A stretch of DNA of 64,000 bases, from positions 2,432,001-2,496,000 of the forward strand of contig OZ244653.1 in NCBI GenBank assembly GCA_965218795.1, written 5' to 3'. Below the pieces are notes generated by a model. The model did no database searches. It was not told the origin of the DNA and worked only from the letters and a program-made list of their open reading frames with translations. Both the position numbers and the translations under genes were made by a program. Of the stretch, positions 20,312 to 30,566 are shown in pieces. Each line of letters opens with the position of its first letter. Within the stretch, counting starts at the first letter, position 1. The stretch is from a bacterium. GTDB lineage: Bacteria; UBA8248; JACPRG01; G963555815.

Positions 20312-22555
20312 TTGGATCTTCTCCAGCCCACCGAGGTAGAAACGGTCGAAGGCGCCCTCGACCGCATCACGTTCGCCAACGAGGAGTCCGGCTGGACGGT
20401 CGTCCAACTCCGTGTCCAGGGGCGACGCGAACCGGTAACGGTCGTGGGTTCGATGCCCGGCCTGCAGGCAGGCGAGACTCTTCGGATTCGCGGGCGGTGG
20501 GTTCAGAACCCGAAGTTCGGCCGGCAGTTCGAGGTCGAGCAGTTCGAGACCGTCACCCCTTCGACGGAACTCGGTATCCGGCGTTACCTGGGCTCGGGAA
20601 TGATCAAGGGAATCGGCCCCAAGATGGCCGACCGACTCGTGGACGCCTTTGGTACGAATACCCTTGATGTCCTTGAAAACGATGACGCGCGGCTTCAGCG
20701 TGTCGACGGGATCGGACCCAAACGCGCAAAGTGGATACGGGATGCCTGGAAAAAGCAAAAGGCCGTACGAGACGTCATGATCTTCCTTCAGGCGCACGGG
20801 GTATCCTCCGCCTGTGCCGCGCGGATATTCAGGAAGTACGGCTCGTCCTCGATCGAGGTGGTCCAGAACAACCCCTACCTCCTGGCCAGAGACATTCCCG
20901 GAGTCGGTTTCAAGACGGCGGATGGCATCGCCTTCAGGCTCGGCTTTCAGCATGACAGCGAAGTGCGCGCGGAAGCGGGGATCATCTACACCCTGAAGGA
21001 AGTGATGGACGAGGGGCATTGCCTCTGTCTGGAGGGGGACCTCCTCAACCGTTGCGTCAAGGGACTGAATCTTCCCCGGGAAGTTCTTTCGCGGGCGCTC
21101 CCGAAGCTTGAGCAAGAGGAACAGATTGTTCGGGAGAGACCGGATGCGGGTGCAGGCGAAAGTCTCGTATTCTTGAAATCCCTGTACGATTCCGAAGTCT
21201 CATTCGCCTTCCGCGTCAAGAATTTCATGGAAACAAAACCAGCACCGGTCCGGATTGATGTCGATGCTGCGCTGAAGTGGGTACAGGAGCGCTCTGCTAT
21301 CGAATTCTCCCCCCAGCAGCAGGAGGCAGTCCGGAAGGCCCTCACCCACAAGGCGCTGATCATCACCGGCGGACCGGGCACCGGCAAGACCACCATCGTT
21401 CAAAGCATCCTGGACATTCTGGAGAGAAAAAAACTGCGCATCGGGCTGGCGGCGCCCACGGGCCGGGCGGCGAAGCGGCTCTCGGAGGCCACGGGCAGGC
21501 CCGCCCAGACCATCCACCGTCTCCTGAAATTCGATCCCCGCCAGACGGCCTTCGGGTTCAACGGCATCAATCCCTTGCCGCTCGATCTCCTGATCCTGGA
21601 CGAATCCTCGATGATCGACCTCCCGCTCATGGAGCAGTTGTTCCAAGCGGTCCATGCCCAGGCGCGCATCATCTGGGTCGGGGACGCGGATCAGCTTCCT
21701 TCCGTGGGCCCGGGGCAGGTCTTGGCCGACCTCATCGAGTCGGGGCGAATCGCGGTGGTCCGGTTGACGGAGATTTTCAGGCAGGAGGACGGGGGTTGGA
21801 TTATCGAAAACGCCCACCGCGTCAAGCAGGGACTGAACCCGGAGTTCCCGCCGGGTGCCCAGGACGTCTTTTTCATCGAGCGGGAGGACCCCGCCGAGGG
21901 TGCTGAGACCATCCGCGAGATCGTGACCGAACGAATCCCGAAGACCTTTGGATTAAGCCCAAAGGCCGACGTCCAGGTGTTGACGCCGATGCACCGCGGG
22001 GAACTGGGCTCGACCCACCTCAACGGGCTCCTGCAATCCGCGCTCAATCCGGGAGGGGAGTCCGTGCAACGGTACGGCCGGACGTTCCGCAGGGGCGATA
22101 AGGTCATGCAGGTGCGCAATCATTACGACAAGGACGTCTTCAACGGGGATATCGGGTTTATTGCAGGGGTGAGATCAGGCGAGCAGGAGATCGACGTCGA
22201 GTTCGACGGTCGGTCCATCCGCTACGATTTCAGCGAGCTGGACGAGCTGCTTCCTGCATACGCGGTGTCCATCCACAAGTCCCAGGGAAGCGAGTACCCG
22301 GCGGTGGTGATTCCGCTGCATACCCAGCACTATGTCATGCTTCAACGAAATCTTCTCTACACCGCCCTGACGCGAGGCAAGCGGCTCGTCGTGGTCGTGG
22401 GCACGGACAAGGCGCTGGGTATCGCCGTTCGAAACGCCCAGAAGGGAGGCCGATGGACCCGGTTGAAAGAACGGCTTGCGGGAGCTCCGGCCTCGGGACC
22501 AGAAATATCGGAAGGCCCCTCCCGGCAGCCGGACGGAATCGGTGCCGCTGAATAG
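20312..22555 (+). CDS. recD2: ATP-dependent RecD-like DNA helicase
   Basis: N-terminal OB and HhH (GIGPK), TGGPGTGKT, LDESSM, GDADQLPSVGPG, SIHKSQGSEY, LYTALTRGK. Confidence 0.96.
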   Translation: MDLLQPTEVETVEGALDRITFANEESGWTVVQLRVQGRREPVTVVGSMPGLQAGETLRIRGRWVQNPKFGRQFEVEQFETVTPSTELGIRRYLGSGMIKGIGPKMADRLVDAFGTNTLDVLENDDARLQRVDGIGPKRAKWIRDAWKKQKAVRDVMIFLQAHGVSSACAARIFRKYGSSSIEVVQNNPYLLARDIPGVGFKTADGIAFRLGFQHDSEVRAEAGIIYTLKEVMDEGHCLCLEGDLLNRCVKGLNLPREVLSRALPKLEQEEQIVRERPDAGAGESLVFLKSLYDSEVSFAFRVKNFMETKPAPVRIDVDAALKWVQERSAIEFSPQQQEAVRKALTHKALIITGGPGTGKTTIVQSILDILERKKLRIGLAAPTGRAAKRLSEATGRPAQTIHRLLKFDPRQTAFGFNGINPLPLDLLILDESSMIDLPLMEQLFQAVHAQARIIWVGDADQLPSVGPGQVLADLIESGRIAVVRLTEIFRQEDGGWIIENAHRVKQGLNPEFPPGAQDVFFIEREDPAEGAETIREIVTERIPKTFGLSPKADVQVLTPMHRGELGSTHLNGLLQSALNPGGESVQRYGRTFRRGDKVMQVRNHYDKDVFNGDIGFIAGVRSGEQEIDVEFDGRSIRYDFSELDELLPAYAVSIHKSQGSEYPAVVIPLHTQHYVMLQRNLLYTALTRGKRLVVVVGTDKALGIAVRNAQKGGRWTRLKERLAGAPASGPEISEGPSRQPDGIGAAE

Positions 22556-22571
22556 GAAGGAAGGGCAGCGG

Positions 22572-23342
22572 ATGGCGAGACGACGTGTGGACCCGGTCCT
22601 GATGAGCATTGTCCGCATCAAGCTCGTGCGGAGTGAGGAGGAGTTCGGCACAGCCACGGGCTTCTTCTTTGCCAAGGAGGGCCGGATCCATCTAGTCACC
22701 AACCGTCACGCCGCCCGGAGTGATCGACGGGACGTCCAGCCCACGCACTTCCGGATTCAACTCCACGAGACCGCGGACGACCTCGGGCAAAACCAGTGGG
22801 TGTCCGTTCCCCTGTTTGATGAGTCGGAGAAACCCCGTTGGCTCGAGGACAAGACCAGCGACTCCGACGTGCTTTGCCTGGAGGTTGAGGAAGTCCGGAA
22901 AATGGCCGCCGAAAAGGCGATTGCCATCTCGGCGTTGTCCGAGGCGGATTTCGTTCCCGAGGATCTGGAATTCGAGCTGGGACAGGAGCTTCTCGTCATC
23001 GGATATCCGCGGGGATACTATGACGAGGTCCACAACCTGCCGGTCATCCGGTACGCCACCCTCGCGTCCCCTTATCCCATTCCCTTTCAGGGGAAACCGC
23101 TGGCCCTCATCGACGCCAACCTCCATCCGGGGACCAGCGGTTCGCCGGTCATCCTGAAGCCGGCCTCCGTCCCGATGTGGAGCCGGGGGATGGACCCGTT
23201 GTCCCGCCGGAGGGTGTACCTCATCGGGGTCCATTCATCTTCGGTCGGCGCGGTGCTGAAGGACGGCGGCAAAGACCCGTTGGGTCTTCATCTAATCTGG
23301 TTCGCGGACCTGATCACGGGCATCATCGACGGAAAGGGGTAA
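22572..23342 (+). CDS. Trypsin-like serine protease
   Basis: GTATGF, VTNRH, DV, IGYP, PGTSGSPV catalytic triad; no signal peptide. Confidence 0.85.
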   Translation: MARRRVDPVLMSIVRIKLVRSEEEFGTATGFFFAKEGRIHLVTNRHAARSDRRDVQPTHFRIQLHETADDLGQNQWVSVPLFDESEKPRWLEDKTSDSDVLCLEVEEVRKMAAEKAIAISALSEADFVPEDLEFELGQELLVIGYPRGYYDEVHNLPVIRYATLASPYPIPFQGKPLALIDANLHPGTSGSPVILKPASVPMWSRGMDPLSRRRVYLIGVHSSSVGAVLKDGGKDPLGLHLIWFADLITGIIDGKG

Positions 23343-23377
23343 AACCCGTTGCCGCCCGGGTTCATCGGAGCGGGCGG

Positions 23378-23560
23378 TCAGGCCCCGGCCTTCCGGTTCT
23401 CCTCCTCCAGGTACTTTTCGAACTCGGCCATATGATAAGAGATGAAGCAGAATGCGTGATGGAGAGATATATATTCTATATCCTCCCGATCGGTTTCGGC
23501 ATCGTGCCGAAGCTCGTTGAGTTGCGCCAGGATGGGTTCCGCTCGAAGCTCTTCGGCCAT
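23378..23560 (-). CDS. Small acidic hypothetical protein (60 aa)
   Basis: AAGGAG RBS, intergenic position, plausible helical composition. Confidence 0.7.
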   Translation of the reverse strand: MAEELRAEPILAQLNELRHDAETDREDIEYISLHHAFCFISYHMAEFEKYLEEENRKAGA

Positions 23561-23724
23561 GGGTTGCTCCTTGTCGTAACGCTGCCGGGGCGGTGGATAT
23601 CCGCCAACCGTTCGACTGCGTTGGCAGTCAATGTGGATTCTTCAATTCGAGGAACTAATGTTACACTGAATCGAGGCCCCTGAAAGAAGAGGGCCGCGCG
23701 GTTCCATCGAGGGTTTGAAACACT

Positions 23725-24654
23725 ATGACGTACGTCTACAGGTATAAGGGGGGGCGGTTTGACCCCGGTGACATCGATATCGTGGAAGAGCGGCCTCTCG
23801 CCCTGGTCGTGAACGGGGTCGAACTGGCCACTCTGATGGCGACGCCCCTTCAGCTCGATGCGCTGGTTCTGGGTTTCCTGTATTTCGAGCGGATCATCAC
23901 CGACGTGGATCAGGTCAAGTCGATCGGCGTGGACCTGGAGGACGCCACCGCGGACGTCGATCTCCATATCCCATTCGAGCGTCCGGACAAGCGGGTCGTG
24001 ACGACCGGCTGCACGGGCGGCGTTAGCTTCCATTTGGGGATGACGGACTACCCGCCCGTCGATTCCGATCTCCAACTGAAGCCCGAATGCGTTCAGCCAA
24101 TGATCCGGGCGTTGTACGCCTCGGCCCAGCTGTACCGGCGCTCCCGAGGCATCCACGCCGCTGCTCTGGCCGAGGTCTCCCACGTGGACGGGGACGAGCT
24201 CCTCATCACCGCGGAGGATGTCGGACGGCACAACGCAGTGGACAAGATTCAAGGCGAAGCGCTGGCGCGCGGTCTCCGGACAGAAGGCCGGGTCCTCCTC
24301 TCGACGGGCCGTATCTCCTCTGAGATGCTCCGCAAGGGCGCCCGGATGCTCACGCCCTTCATCATCTCCCGGACTTCTCCCACGTCGCTCGCCGTGGACA
24401 TGGCGAAGCGGATCGGCATCACCCTGATTGGCTACGTGAGAAATCAGGCCTTCAACGTCTACAGCCATCCGCACCGGATCGACTATGTCCGGCCCAAGGG
24501 AAAGCGCCCCGCCCCCCACCGGCTCGCCTTCGCATCCTTTCATCCCTCCCCCAAGGGGGAGGGCCAGGGTGGGGGGTGCGAAGCCTCGCCGACTCCCCCT
24601 CAAGGGGGGAGTGCGGTGGGCGGGGCCGCGGCCCACGGGTCCGGTTCCGACTGA
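23725..24654 (+). CDS. fdhD: Formate dehydrogenase accessory sulfurtransferase
   Basis: EERPL, TLMATP, TTGC, GIHAAAL, EDVGRHNAVDK, STGRISSEM, PTSLAV. Confidence 0.93.
   Translation: MTYVYRYKGGRFDPGDIDIVEERPLALVVNGVELATLMATPLQLDALVLGFLYFERIITDVDQVKSIGVDLEDATADVDLHIPFERPDKRVVTTGCTGGVSFHLGMTDYPPVDSDLQLKPECVQPMIRALYASAQLYRRSRGIHAAALAEVSHVDGDELLITAEDVGRHNAVDKIQGEALARGLRTEGRVLLSTGRISSEMLRKGARMLTPFIISRTSPTSLAVDMAKRIGITLIGYVRNQAFNVYSHPHRIDYVRPKGKRPAPHRLAFASFHPSPKGEGQGGGCEASPTPPQGGSAVGGAAAHGSGSD
24508..24613 (+). repeat. REP-like nested palindromes in the fdhD 3' extension
   Basis: CCCTCCCCC-AA-GGGGGAGGG (24544-24563) and ACTCCCCCT-CAA-GGGGGGAGT. Confidence 0.65.
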
Positions 24655-24758
24655 TGCCGTGGCCTGGTTCCCAGGTTCCCACCGGTATCGTGTAGCCGGC
24701 CGGAGAAAATCATCATCATCCCCGATCCGTCACGCTGGATATCAGGGAAGGGTTCTGA

Positions 24759-26141
24759 ATGAAAACCCCTGAGTTGGCGGTCCGAGGCGGCCGTGTGTTT
24801 CTGGACTCAGGACCGATCGAAGCGGACGTCTACATCCGGGGAGAGCGAATCGCCGCGATCACCTCGCCGGGACGAGGAGCCCAGGTGCGGGAGACGATCG
24901 AAGCGCGCGGCCTCTGCGTTTTCCCGGGCCTGGTGGACCTCCACGTCCATTTCCGGGAGCCGGGCCTCACCCACAAGGAGGATTTCGGCAGCGGATCGCG
25001 AGCCGCCTTGGCGGGCGGGGTCACGACGGTTTTCGATATGCCCAACGTTCAACCCGCGACCACCACCCCGCCGGTCTTCCGGGAAAAGCTCCTCACGGCC
25101 ATTTCCAAAGCGCACTGCGATTTCGGTCTATGGGCCGGCGGGACGGACGGGGGCGTCTATCCTGCGTTCGCCGATCTCGGCGCGGTCGGAGTAAAAATTT
25201 ACCAGCAGCAGTTGGCCAAGATCAGGGGGAACGCTTACTTCCGGGAGTTATTCTGTACCGAAGAAGACGCGCTGCTGGAGGTCTTCCAATCGGCCGCACG
25301 GGCCCGCCTGCCCATATGCCTCCATGCGGGTACCCCCTCTATGGAGACGATTGAACGAGAGCGGCTCCGGCGGGCGGGCCGCCGCCGGATGAAAGACCTG
25401 GACGGTCTTCGGCGGGTTCCCGCGGCGAGTCTGGGGACGGCGAAATGCATCCATTTGGCGGAGGCGACGGGCGCGCGGCTTCACATCGCCCACATCTCCT
25501 TGTCGGGCCCCGAAACCCTTGACCTCGTTCGGCGGGCGAAGCGAAGGGGCGCTCACGTGACCGCCGAGTGCCCCCCGGTGGGCCTCACGCTGGAGGGCTT
25601 GGAGCGTATCGGTCCGTACGGCTTGCCCTTCGCCCTGCCGAGAAAAGAGGTTGCCTTATACTGGCAAGCCATGGCGGACGGGACCATTGATGCCGTGGGC
25701 ACGGACCACGCCCCGCACGCGAGAGAGGAGAAGCTCCGCGGAAAAGACGACGTATGGGAAGCCCCGACGGGTTACCCGGGGCTGGAGGTTTCCCTGGCCA
25801 TCGGGTTGCAGCAGGTCGAAAAGCGAACCCTCAGCCTGGAACGCCTGGTCGAATTGATGAGCGCAACTCCCGCGAAGATTGCCGGATTGTATCCACGCAA
25901 GGGGTCCATCCGGGTCGGGTCCGATGCCGACCTGACGCTCGTGGACCCGGATGCGGTCTGGACCGTGGAGGCCCGGAAGATGGAGTCCCGGGCGGGTTGG
26001 TCGCCGTTCGAGGGAAGAAGGTTGAAGGGCCGGGCCGTGGGTGTCGTCCTGCGGGGCCGGGAGGCCATGCGCGACGGCGAGATTCTCCTCCGGCCGGGCG
26101 ACGGCCGGTATCTTGGTTTGTCTGCGAAGGAAATGGCATAG
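24759..26141 (+). CDS. Dihydroorotase/allantoinase-family cyclic amidohydrolase
   Basis: DLHVHFREPG, DMPN, HIAH, GTDHAPH, GSDADL. Confidence 0.92.
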   Translation: MKTPELAVRGGRVFLDSGPIEADVYIRGERIAAITSPGRGAQVRETIEARGLCVFPGLVDLHVHFREPGLTHKEDFGSGSRAALAGGVTTVFDMPNVQPATTTPPVFREKLLTAISKAHCDFGLWAGGTDGGVYPAFADLGAVGVKIYQQQLAKIRGNAYFRELFCTEEDALLEVFQSAARARLPICLHAGTPSMETIERERLRRAGRRRMKDLDGLRRVPAASLGTAKCIHLAEATGARLHIAHISLSGPETLDLVRRAKRRGAHVTAECPPVGLTLEGLERIGPYGLPFALPRKEVALYWQAMADGTIDAVGTDHAPHAREEKLRGKDDVWEAPTGYPGLEVSLAIGLQQVEKRTLSLERLVELMSATPAKIAGLYPRKGSIRVGSDADLTLVDPDAVWTVEARKMESRAGWSPFEGRRLKGRAVGVVLRGREAMRDGEILLRPGDGRYLGLSAKEMA

Positions 26142-26260
26142 ACGATGGAGAGCTTCTCATGATGGGTATGCCGGCCTGGGCGAAGGGGCATCGGCCCGCG
26201 CGATGGTTTTTGAGGATTCACGGCTCTTCACTTTGACCCGTGTAGAAAGGAGTCAAGACG

Positions 26261-26989
26261 ATGGCGGTCTGGGATGAATTTTTGACCCCGTTGGACGCGC
26301 AGGTTTTTGAAAATGCGGGTTTTTCCCAGAAAGGCGATCTGGGAGACCGTCCGGCGATTCTGATCGTGGACATGGTGTACAACTTCGTCGGCGATAAGCC
26401 CGAGCCGATTTTGGAATCCATCAAGAAGTTTCACCACAGCTGCGGGGAGAAGGGCTGGGAGGGAATCCACGCCACCAGGGAGCTGATCGATGAAGCCCGG
26501 GCCGCGAACGTGCCGATTTTCTATTCAACGAATTCCCTGCGGCCCGACGGCGGGGATACGGGTCGGTGGGCGGCCAAGAACCGGCGGGCCCGCGAGATCG
26601 GTCGGCGGGACAGCGATCTGGGAAATCGAATTGTCGAAGAGATCGCGCCGGAGTCGCAGGACTACATCGTTTCGAAGCTCAAACCGAGCATGTTTTTTGG
26701 AACGCCGCTCGTGAGCCTGCTTCGGGGGCTGGAGATTGACACGCTGATCGTGACCGGAACGACGACCAGCGGCTGCGTCCGGGCCACGGTGATCGACGCA
26801 TTTTCATACGAGTACAAACTGGCCATCGTGGAAGAGTGCGTTTTCGACCGGGGCGAAGCGAGTCACGCCATCAACCTGTTCGACATGAACGCGAAATACG
26901 CCGACGTGATTTCCCTCTTGGAAGCCAAGGCTTATCTGGCCGAGGTCCCGGGCCGGAAGGAGGAGCTTCCCCAAGAGAGCCGGGCCTGA
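26261..26989 (+). CDS. Isochorismatase-family cysteine hydrolase (maleamate amidohydrolase-like)
   Basis: RPAILIVD, KLKPSMFFGT, TTSGCVRATVIDA, LFDMNAKYADV. Confidence 0.92.
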   Translation: MAVWDEFLTPLDAQVFENAGFSQKGDLGDRPAILIVDMVYNFVGDKPEPILESIKKFHHSCGEKGWEGIHATRELIDEARAANVPIFYSTNSLRPDGGDTGRWAAKNRRAREIGRRDSDLGNRIVEEIAPESQDYIVSKLKPSMFFGTPLVSLLRGLEIDTLIVTGTTTSGCVRATVIDAFSYEYKLAIVEECVFDRGEASHAINLFDMNAKYADVISLLEAKAYLAEVPGRKEELPQESRA

Positions 26990-27059
26990 CCGCCGGGGTC
27001 GGACGGGTCTCACCGTACTCCCCGGCCCAAGCGGGTCACCATATGAAATCTCACGCCGT

Positions 27060-27102
27060 CCCTCTCCCTTTGGGAGAGGGACGGCCGAAGGGCGGGTGAG
27101 GG
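27060..27102 (+). repeat. REP-like palindrome
   Basis: CCCTCTCCC-TTT-GGGAGAGGG...GGGTGAGGG. Confidence 0.7.
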
Positions 27103-27390
27103 TGTTCGCCCCCCCGACACGGGATATGAGCCCTCCTGTTGACCCTCCCGCTCCCGTTCGTCGTCATTCCCGCCGAGTTGCCCGGTTGGCCCATGGTCTC
27201 TTTCGGACTGGCGGGAATCTGTTCACCGGCCCTCGCGGCCCTTTTCATCATACTCGGCTCATGGTAGGTGGTCTGTCGGCGTAGCCAGAACACGGCGTTG
27301 GAACATCCTGCCTTCTCCAGCCGAATGCCTGTCTCCGGTGGCATGGCCGCATGGACGTTCGGTACGCACGGCTGCCTCACATGCCGGAAT

Positions 27391-27783
27391 TTACAGCAGC
27401 GACACACCCTCAAGCCGCGCCGCCTTCTGATCGAAGGTATAAAGGGGATGAGCCCCGGATCGTTTCGCCGCCGCCAGGATCATCAGGTCAGAAAATCCGG
27501 AGCCACCCGCCCGGTATCGGAACGCTGCGCGGGCTACATCGTCGGCCGCTTCGACCACGAGACCATCGGTCGTCACCAGCTCTTCCAGTATCGTCGCAAT
27601 CCGGGCGCGGGAATAGCCATAGGCCCTCTCCAACACCCAGGAGAGCTCAACCGTTACCTCCCGGCACACGTAGCCGGGCCGACCGGCGGTGAGCGATTCC
27701 AGGAGCCTCCGGGCGGCTTCCGCCTGTTCGGCGTCATCACGTACCAGGTAGCGGACGAGGACGTTGGTATCGACTGCGATCAT
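27391..27783 (-). CDS. vapC: PIN-domain type II toxin
   Basis: MIAVDTNVLVRYL, VELSWVL, FSD, TFD; start overlaps antitoxin stop. Confidence 0.93.
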   Translation of the reverse strand: MIAVDTNVLVRYLVRDDAEQAEAARRLLESLTAGRPGYVCREVTVELSWVLERAYGYSRARIATILEELVTTDGLVVEAADDVARAAFRYRAGGSGFSDLMILAAAKRSGAHPLYTFDQKAARLEGVSLL

Positions 27784-28013
27784 CCCTCGCACGCCCCATC
27801 GGCGATGGCCCGCTCCATTTCCTCCACCGTGACGGCGGGGCCGTCATGCCGGAGGGCGCCGAACAGCCGGCTGATGGGGCGCACGGGCAGAATGCGCACT
27901 TCGCCATCGGCGATAACGTAGCGCACCCGGTCCCCAGCCTGCAGGCCAAGCGACTCCCGCACGGGCTTGGGCAGGGTCGTTTGCCCCTTCTTTGTGACAG
28001 AAGATTCGATCAT
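27780..28013 (-). CDS. AbrB/MazE-family antitoxin
   Basis: SSVTKKGQTTLPKPVRESLGLQAGDRV; AGGAGG RBS. Confidence 0.93.
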   Translation of the reverse strand: MIESSVTKKGQTTLPKPVRESLGLQAGDRVRYVIADGEVRILPVRPISRLFGALRHDGPAVTVEEMERAIADGACEG

Positions 28014-28200
28014 GACAACTCCTCCTTTGGCCTTTCAATATACTGATCGGCCTTACTTTCGTCAATGAATAATGGATTTCTTGCAATCTCCGCACCTTCG
28101 CGGCTCATCATCTGCCGGTCTCCCTTTCTTCCCGCCCCACCCGACACCTTTCCCTGCGCGCCGGTAAGTAACCGCTGAGGACCACCTGGGGCGGGTGGTC

Positions 28201-28284
28201 GAAGCGGAGCACGACCGAGACGAGAACGCGGCGAAAAACATCGCCCGCGCCGCGGCGAAGAAAACGGCGGCGGAAATCCGCTAG
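28201..28284 (+). pseudogene. TnpB/Cas12-like nuclease C-terminal stub
   Basis: EAEHDRDENAAKNIARAAAKKTAAEIR*; RuvC-III-type DRDxNAAxNI motif. Confidence 0.7.
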
Positions 28285-28365
28285 AAAAAGAGGGGAGAAA
28301 ATGGGGAAAAGTGGCGTGACGCCGTTTTCCGCGATGGCGAAACAGGCGCAATGAAAGGGGAAACA

Positions 28366-28425
28366 GTTTTATGACCCTGCTGGATGGGTGGTAATCCAGA
28401 CGACACGGAACCTGTTTTTGATTTA
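28366..28425 (+). CRISPR. Putative single 36-nt type V repeat plus 24-nt partial spacer, truncated by IS1595
   Basis: GTTTTATGACCCTGCTGGATGGGTGGTAATCCAGAC (28366-28401): CTGGAT/ATCCAG stem, ACCC/GGGT pseudoknot potential, AC end; only one copy seen. Confidence 0.5.
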
Positions 28426-29158
28426 GGGTCATGCCTAGCTGAGAGTCGAGCTTTACTCCAGAATGCTATGTATGACAATGAAAAACAAGTATGCGAGGCG
28501 TTCAAGGATTTCCGAGGCCAAAGTCCGTGAAGCCGTTCGGTATTTCGCCGCAGATCTCACCGCTGTCCAGGCGGCCGAGTTGAGCGGATTGAACCGGAAC
28601 ACGGTGAACCGTCTATACCGCGCTCTGCGGGAACGCATCCTGCTAGCTTGTGAGGCGCAACGCCCTGTGTTCGGTGTGGTCGAGGTAGACGAAAGTCTCT
28701 TCGGCACTCGCCGCGTGAAGGGCAGGCGCGGGCGTGGAGCCTATGGCAAAACGACCGTCTTTGGTATCTTCGAACGTGAGGGACAGGTCTATACGGAGAT
28801 CGTCTCGGATTGCTCAAAGCCCACACTGCAAGGGATCATCCGCGGCAAGGTGGACCTGAACACCGTCGTCAACACGGACAACTGGCGTGGCTACAACGGC
28901 TTGGTCGAGCTCGGATACGGCCACTTCCGGGTCGACCATTGCTTTGATGAGTTCACTTGCGGTGCCGTCCACATCAACGGCATCGAAGGCTTCTGGGGAC
29001 TGGCCAAGGTTCGGCTGGCAAAATTCAAGGGCCTGCCCAAACACACCTTCCACCTCCATCTCAAAGAAACCGAGTGGCGCTACAATTATCGCCATTCCAA
29101 CAAATACAAAACCCTGTTAACCTACCTGCGAGAAAATCCCATCAGCTAGGCATGACCC
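28426..29158 (+). mobile_element. IS1595-family element, apparently intact (transposase 28463..29149)
   Basis: Perfect 17-bp IRs GGGTCATGCCTAGCTGA / TCAGCTAGGCATGACCC; EVDES, TDNWRGY, HINGIEGFW; no target duplication. Confidence 0.95.
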
Positions 29159-29176
29159 ATCGAAAAAAAAGAAGCC

Positions 29177-29361
29177 CGACCCGGCAACTCCGCCGGACCG
29201 GGCCTGTTCTCTCTATACTTGAGCTACTCGATATTGAAATCGGGCAAGGCGTAGGGGTAGGCATTGCGAACCCGGTCGCATTTTTCCTGGCCGAGTTTTC
29301 GGATGGCCTCCTGCATTTCATCCGAGGTCGCGTGGCGCTCGAGGATCAGGCGGCCGTTCCG
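29177..29361. repeat. 185-bp direct repeat of 35393..35577 (3' end of ferritin-like gene and terminator)
   Basis: Appears identical by eye from CGACCCGGCAACTCC to GGCGGCCGTTCCG. Confidence 0.92.
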
Positions 29362-29707
29362 TCGGGATGGACCTTGACGAGGGTGCTGTCCAGCGACACC
29401 GCCTCGAGCTTGATGCGCACGATCCGTTCCCGCTGCAGCTGCTCGAAGACCCGGTCGATCACCCCGTTCTTGGACCAGCGGTTCATCCGGGTGTAGATGG
29501 TGTGCCAGTTGCCGAACCGGGTCGGCAGCCCCCGCCACTTGCAGCCATGCTCGGCGACGTACAGGATGGCGTTGAGCACTTGCAGGTTCGACAGGCTGAC
29601 GTTGCCGCGTTGCACCGGCAGGGAGGGTGCAATGCGTTCGTACTGAGCTTGGGTGATCTCCATCCGCAAAGGATAACATGATCTCAACCATTAGTGCTAA
29701 CAGGCCC
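29356..29707 (-). mobile_element. IS5-family element, left end and truncated transposase
   Basis: CTAG-GGCCTGTTAGCACTAAT end; LNAILYVAEHGCKWRGLP..FGNWHTIYTRMNRW, SLDSTLVKVHPDG. Confidence 0.9.
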
Positions 29708-29934
29708 TAGTCGAGGCGAGGAAGTGGAACCGTCTCGAAGCGTTTTCCGTGGAGCGTGCAAGGGTCCAAACAAATGACGAAACCATAACCGAACTGGTTG
29801 AAATCCTGAGCCCCATACTGGCTCCCTTCCGGCAACCAAATTCGGACCGGATCGGCAGGAGATAACCCTGCCGGGTACGGATACCGAGCGTCCATTCCTC
29901 GATCTGCTGCTGGATCGAGGAATGGACGCGTCGA

Positions 29935-30119
29935 TCTTGACGTTCGAATTGGTCAACGCAGAGACCTAATTGCTTTACGCCTCGGACTGGCCCCACCAGG
30001 ACTTCGACCTGCCGAGCACGATCTTCGATCTCCCCTTCCTCTCGGAACGGGCGAAGCGGAACATCCTGGGCGAGAACGCCCTGAAGCTGTTTAATCTGGA
30101 AAGGCCGGAGGGAAAATAA
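29935..30119 (+). pseudogene. C-terminal remnant of a paralogue of the 31717 amidohydrolase
   Basis: *LLYASDWPHQDFDLPSTIFDLPFLSERAKRNILGENALKLFNLERPEGK*. Confidence 0.88.
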
Positions 30120-30369
30120 GAAAGAGGTCGTACCACCGAGATTTGAACCACGCATCCCTGATTCATGTCCGCCTTCAGGGTCTCCTCATGACCCGGGGCG
30201 TTTTGAAACCCAAAAAATTAACCGGGCTAGCTACGGATTCACACCTCGAGAGGACCAACACCCTAAGGGGTAGGAAGCCGTTTTTCGCGACTGACATGCG
30301 GCGCTAGGCACCCAGACCTGACTCCAATGTTCCCCTTCCCAAATGTCGCCTCTCTCAGCTAGAACAAGA

Positions 30370-30399
30370 TTGACAATTTGTAGATGAATGGGTTAATGC
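30370..30399 (+). promoter_or_regulatory. Sigma70-like promoter
   Basis: TTGACA at 30370 with GTTAAT 16 bp downstream, upstream of the SBP gene. Confidence 0.45.
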
Positions 30400-30566
30400 T
30401 TTAGGAGAAAATAAATGGTTTACTGGAAGGGTTCGTTCTCTGTTCAGAAAGGGGAGTTTTTGTTCATACCGGCACTGTATATCCGAAATGGCGTGTTCGA
30501 TTGGAACAACCATAATTGATTCAAGCATGTAGGTTTCATCCGAAAGGACGAAAGGGGGATAGGAAG

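Noticed and set aside
30126-30160. tRNA-like GGTTCAAATC on the minus strand
   Set aside because: T-stem does not pair and no cloverleaf can be built
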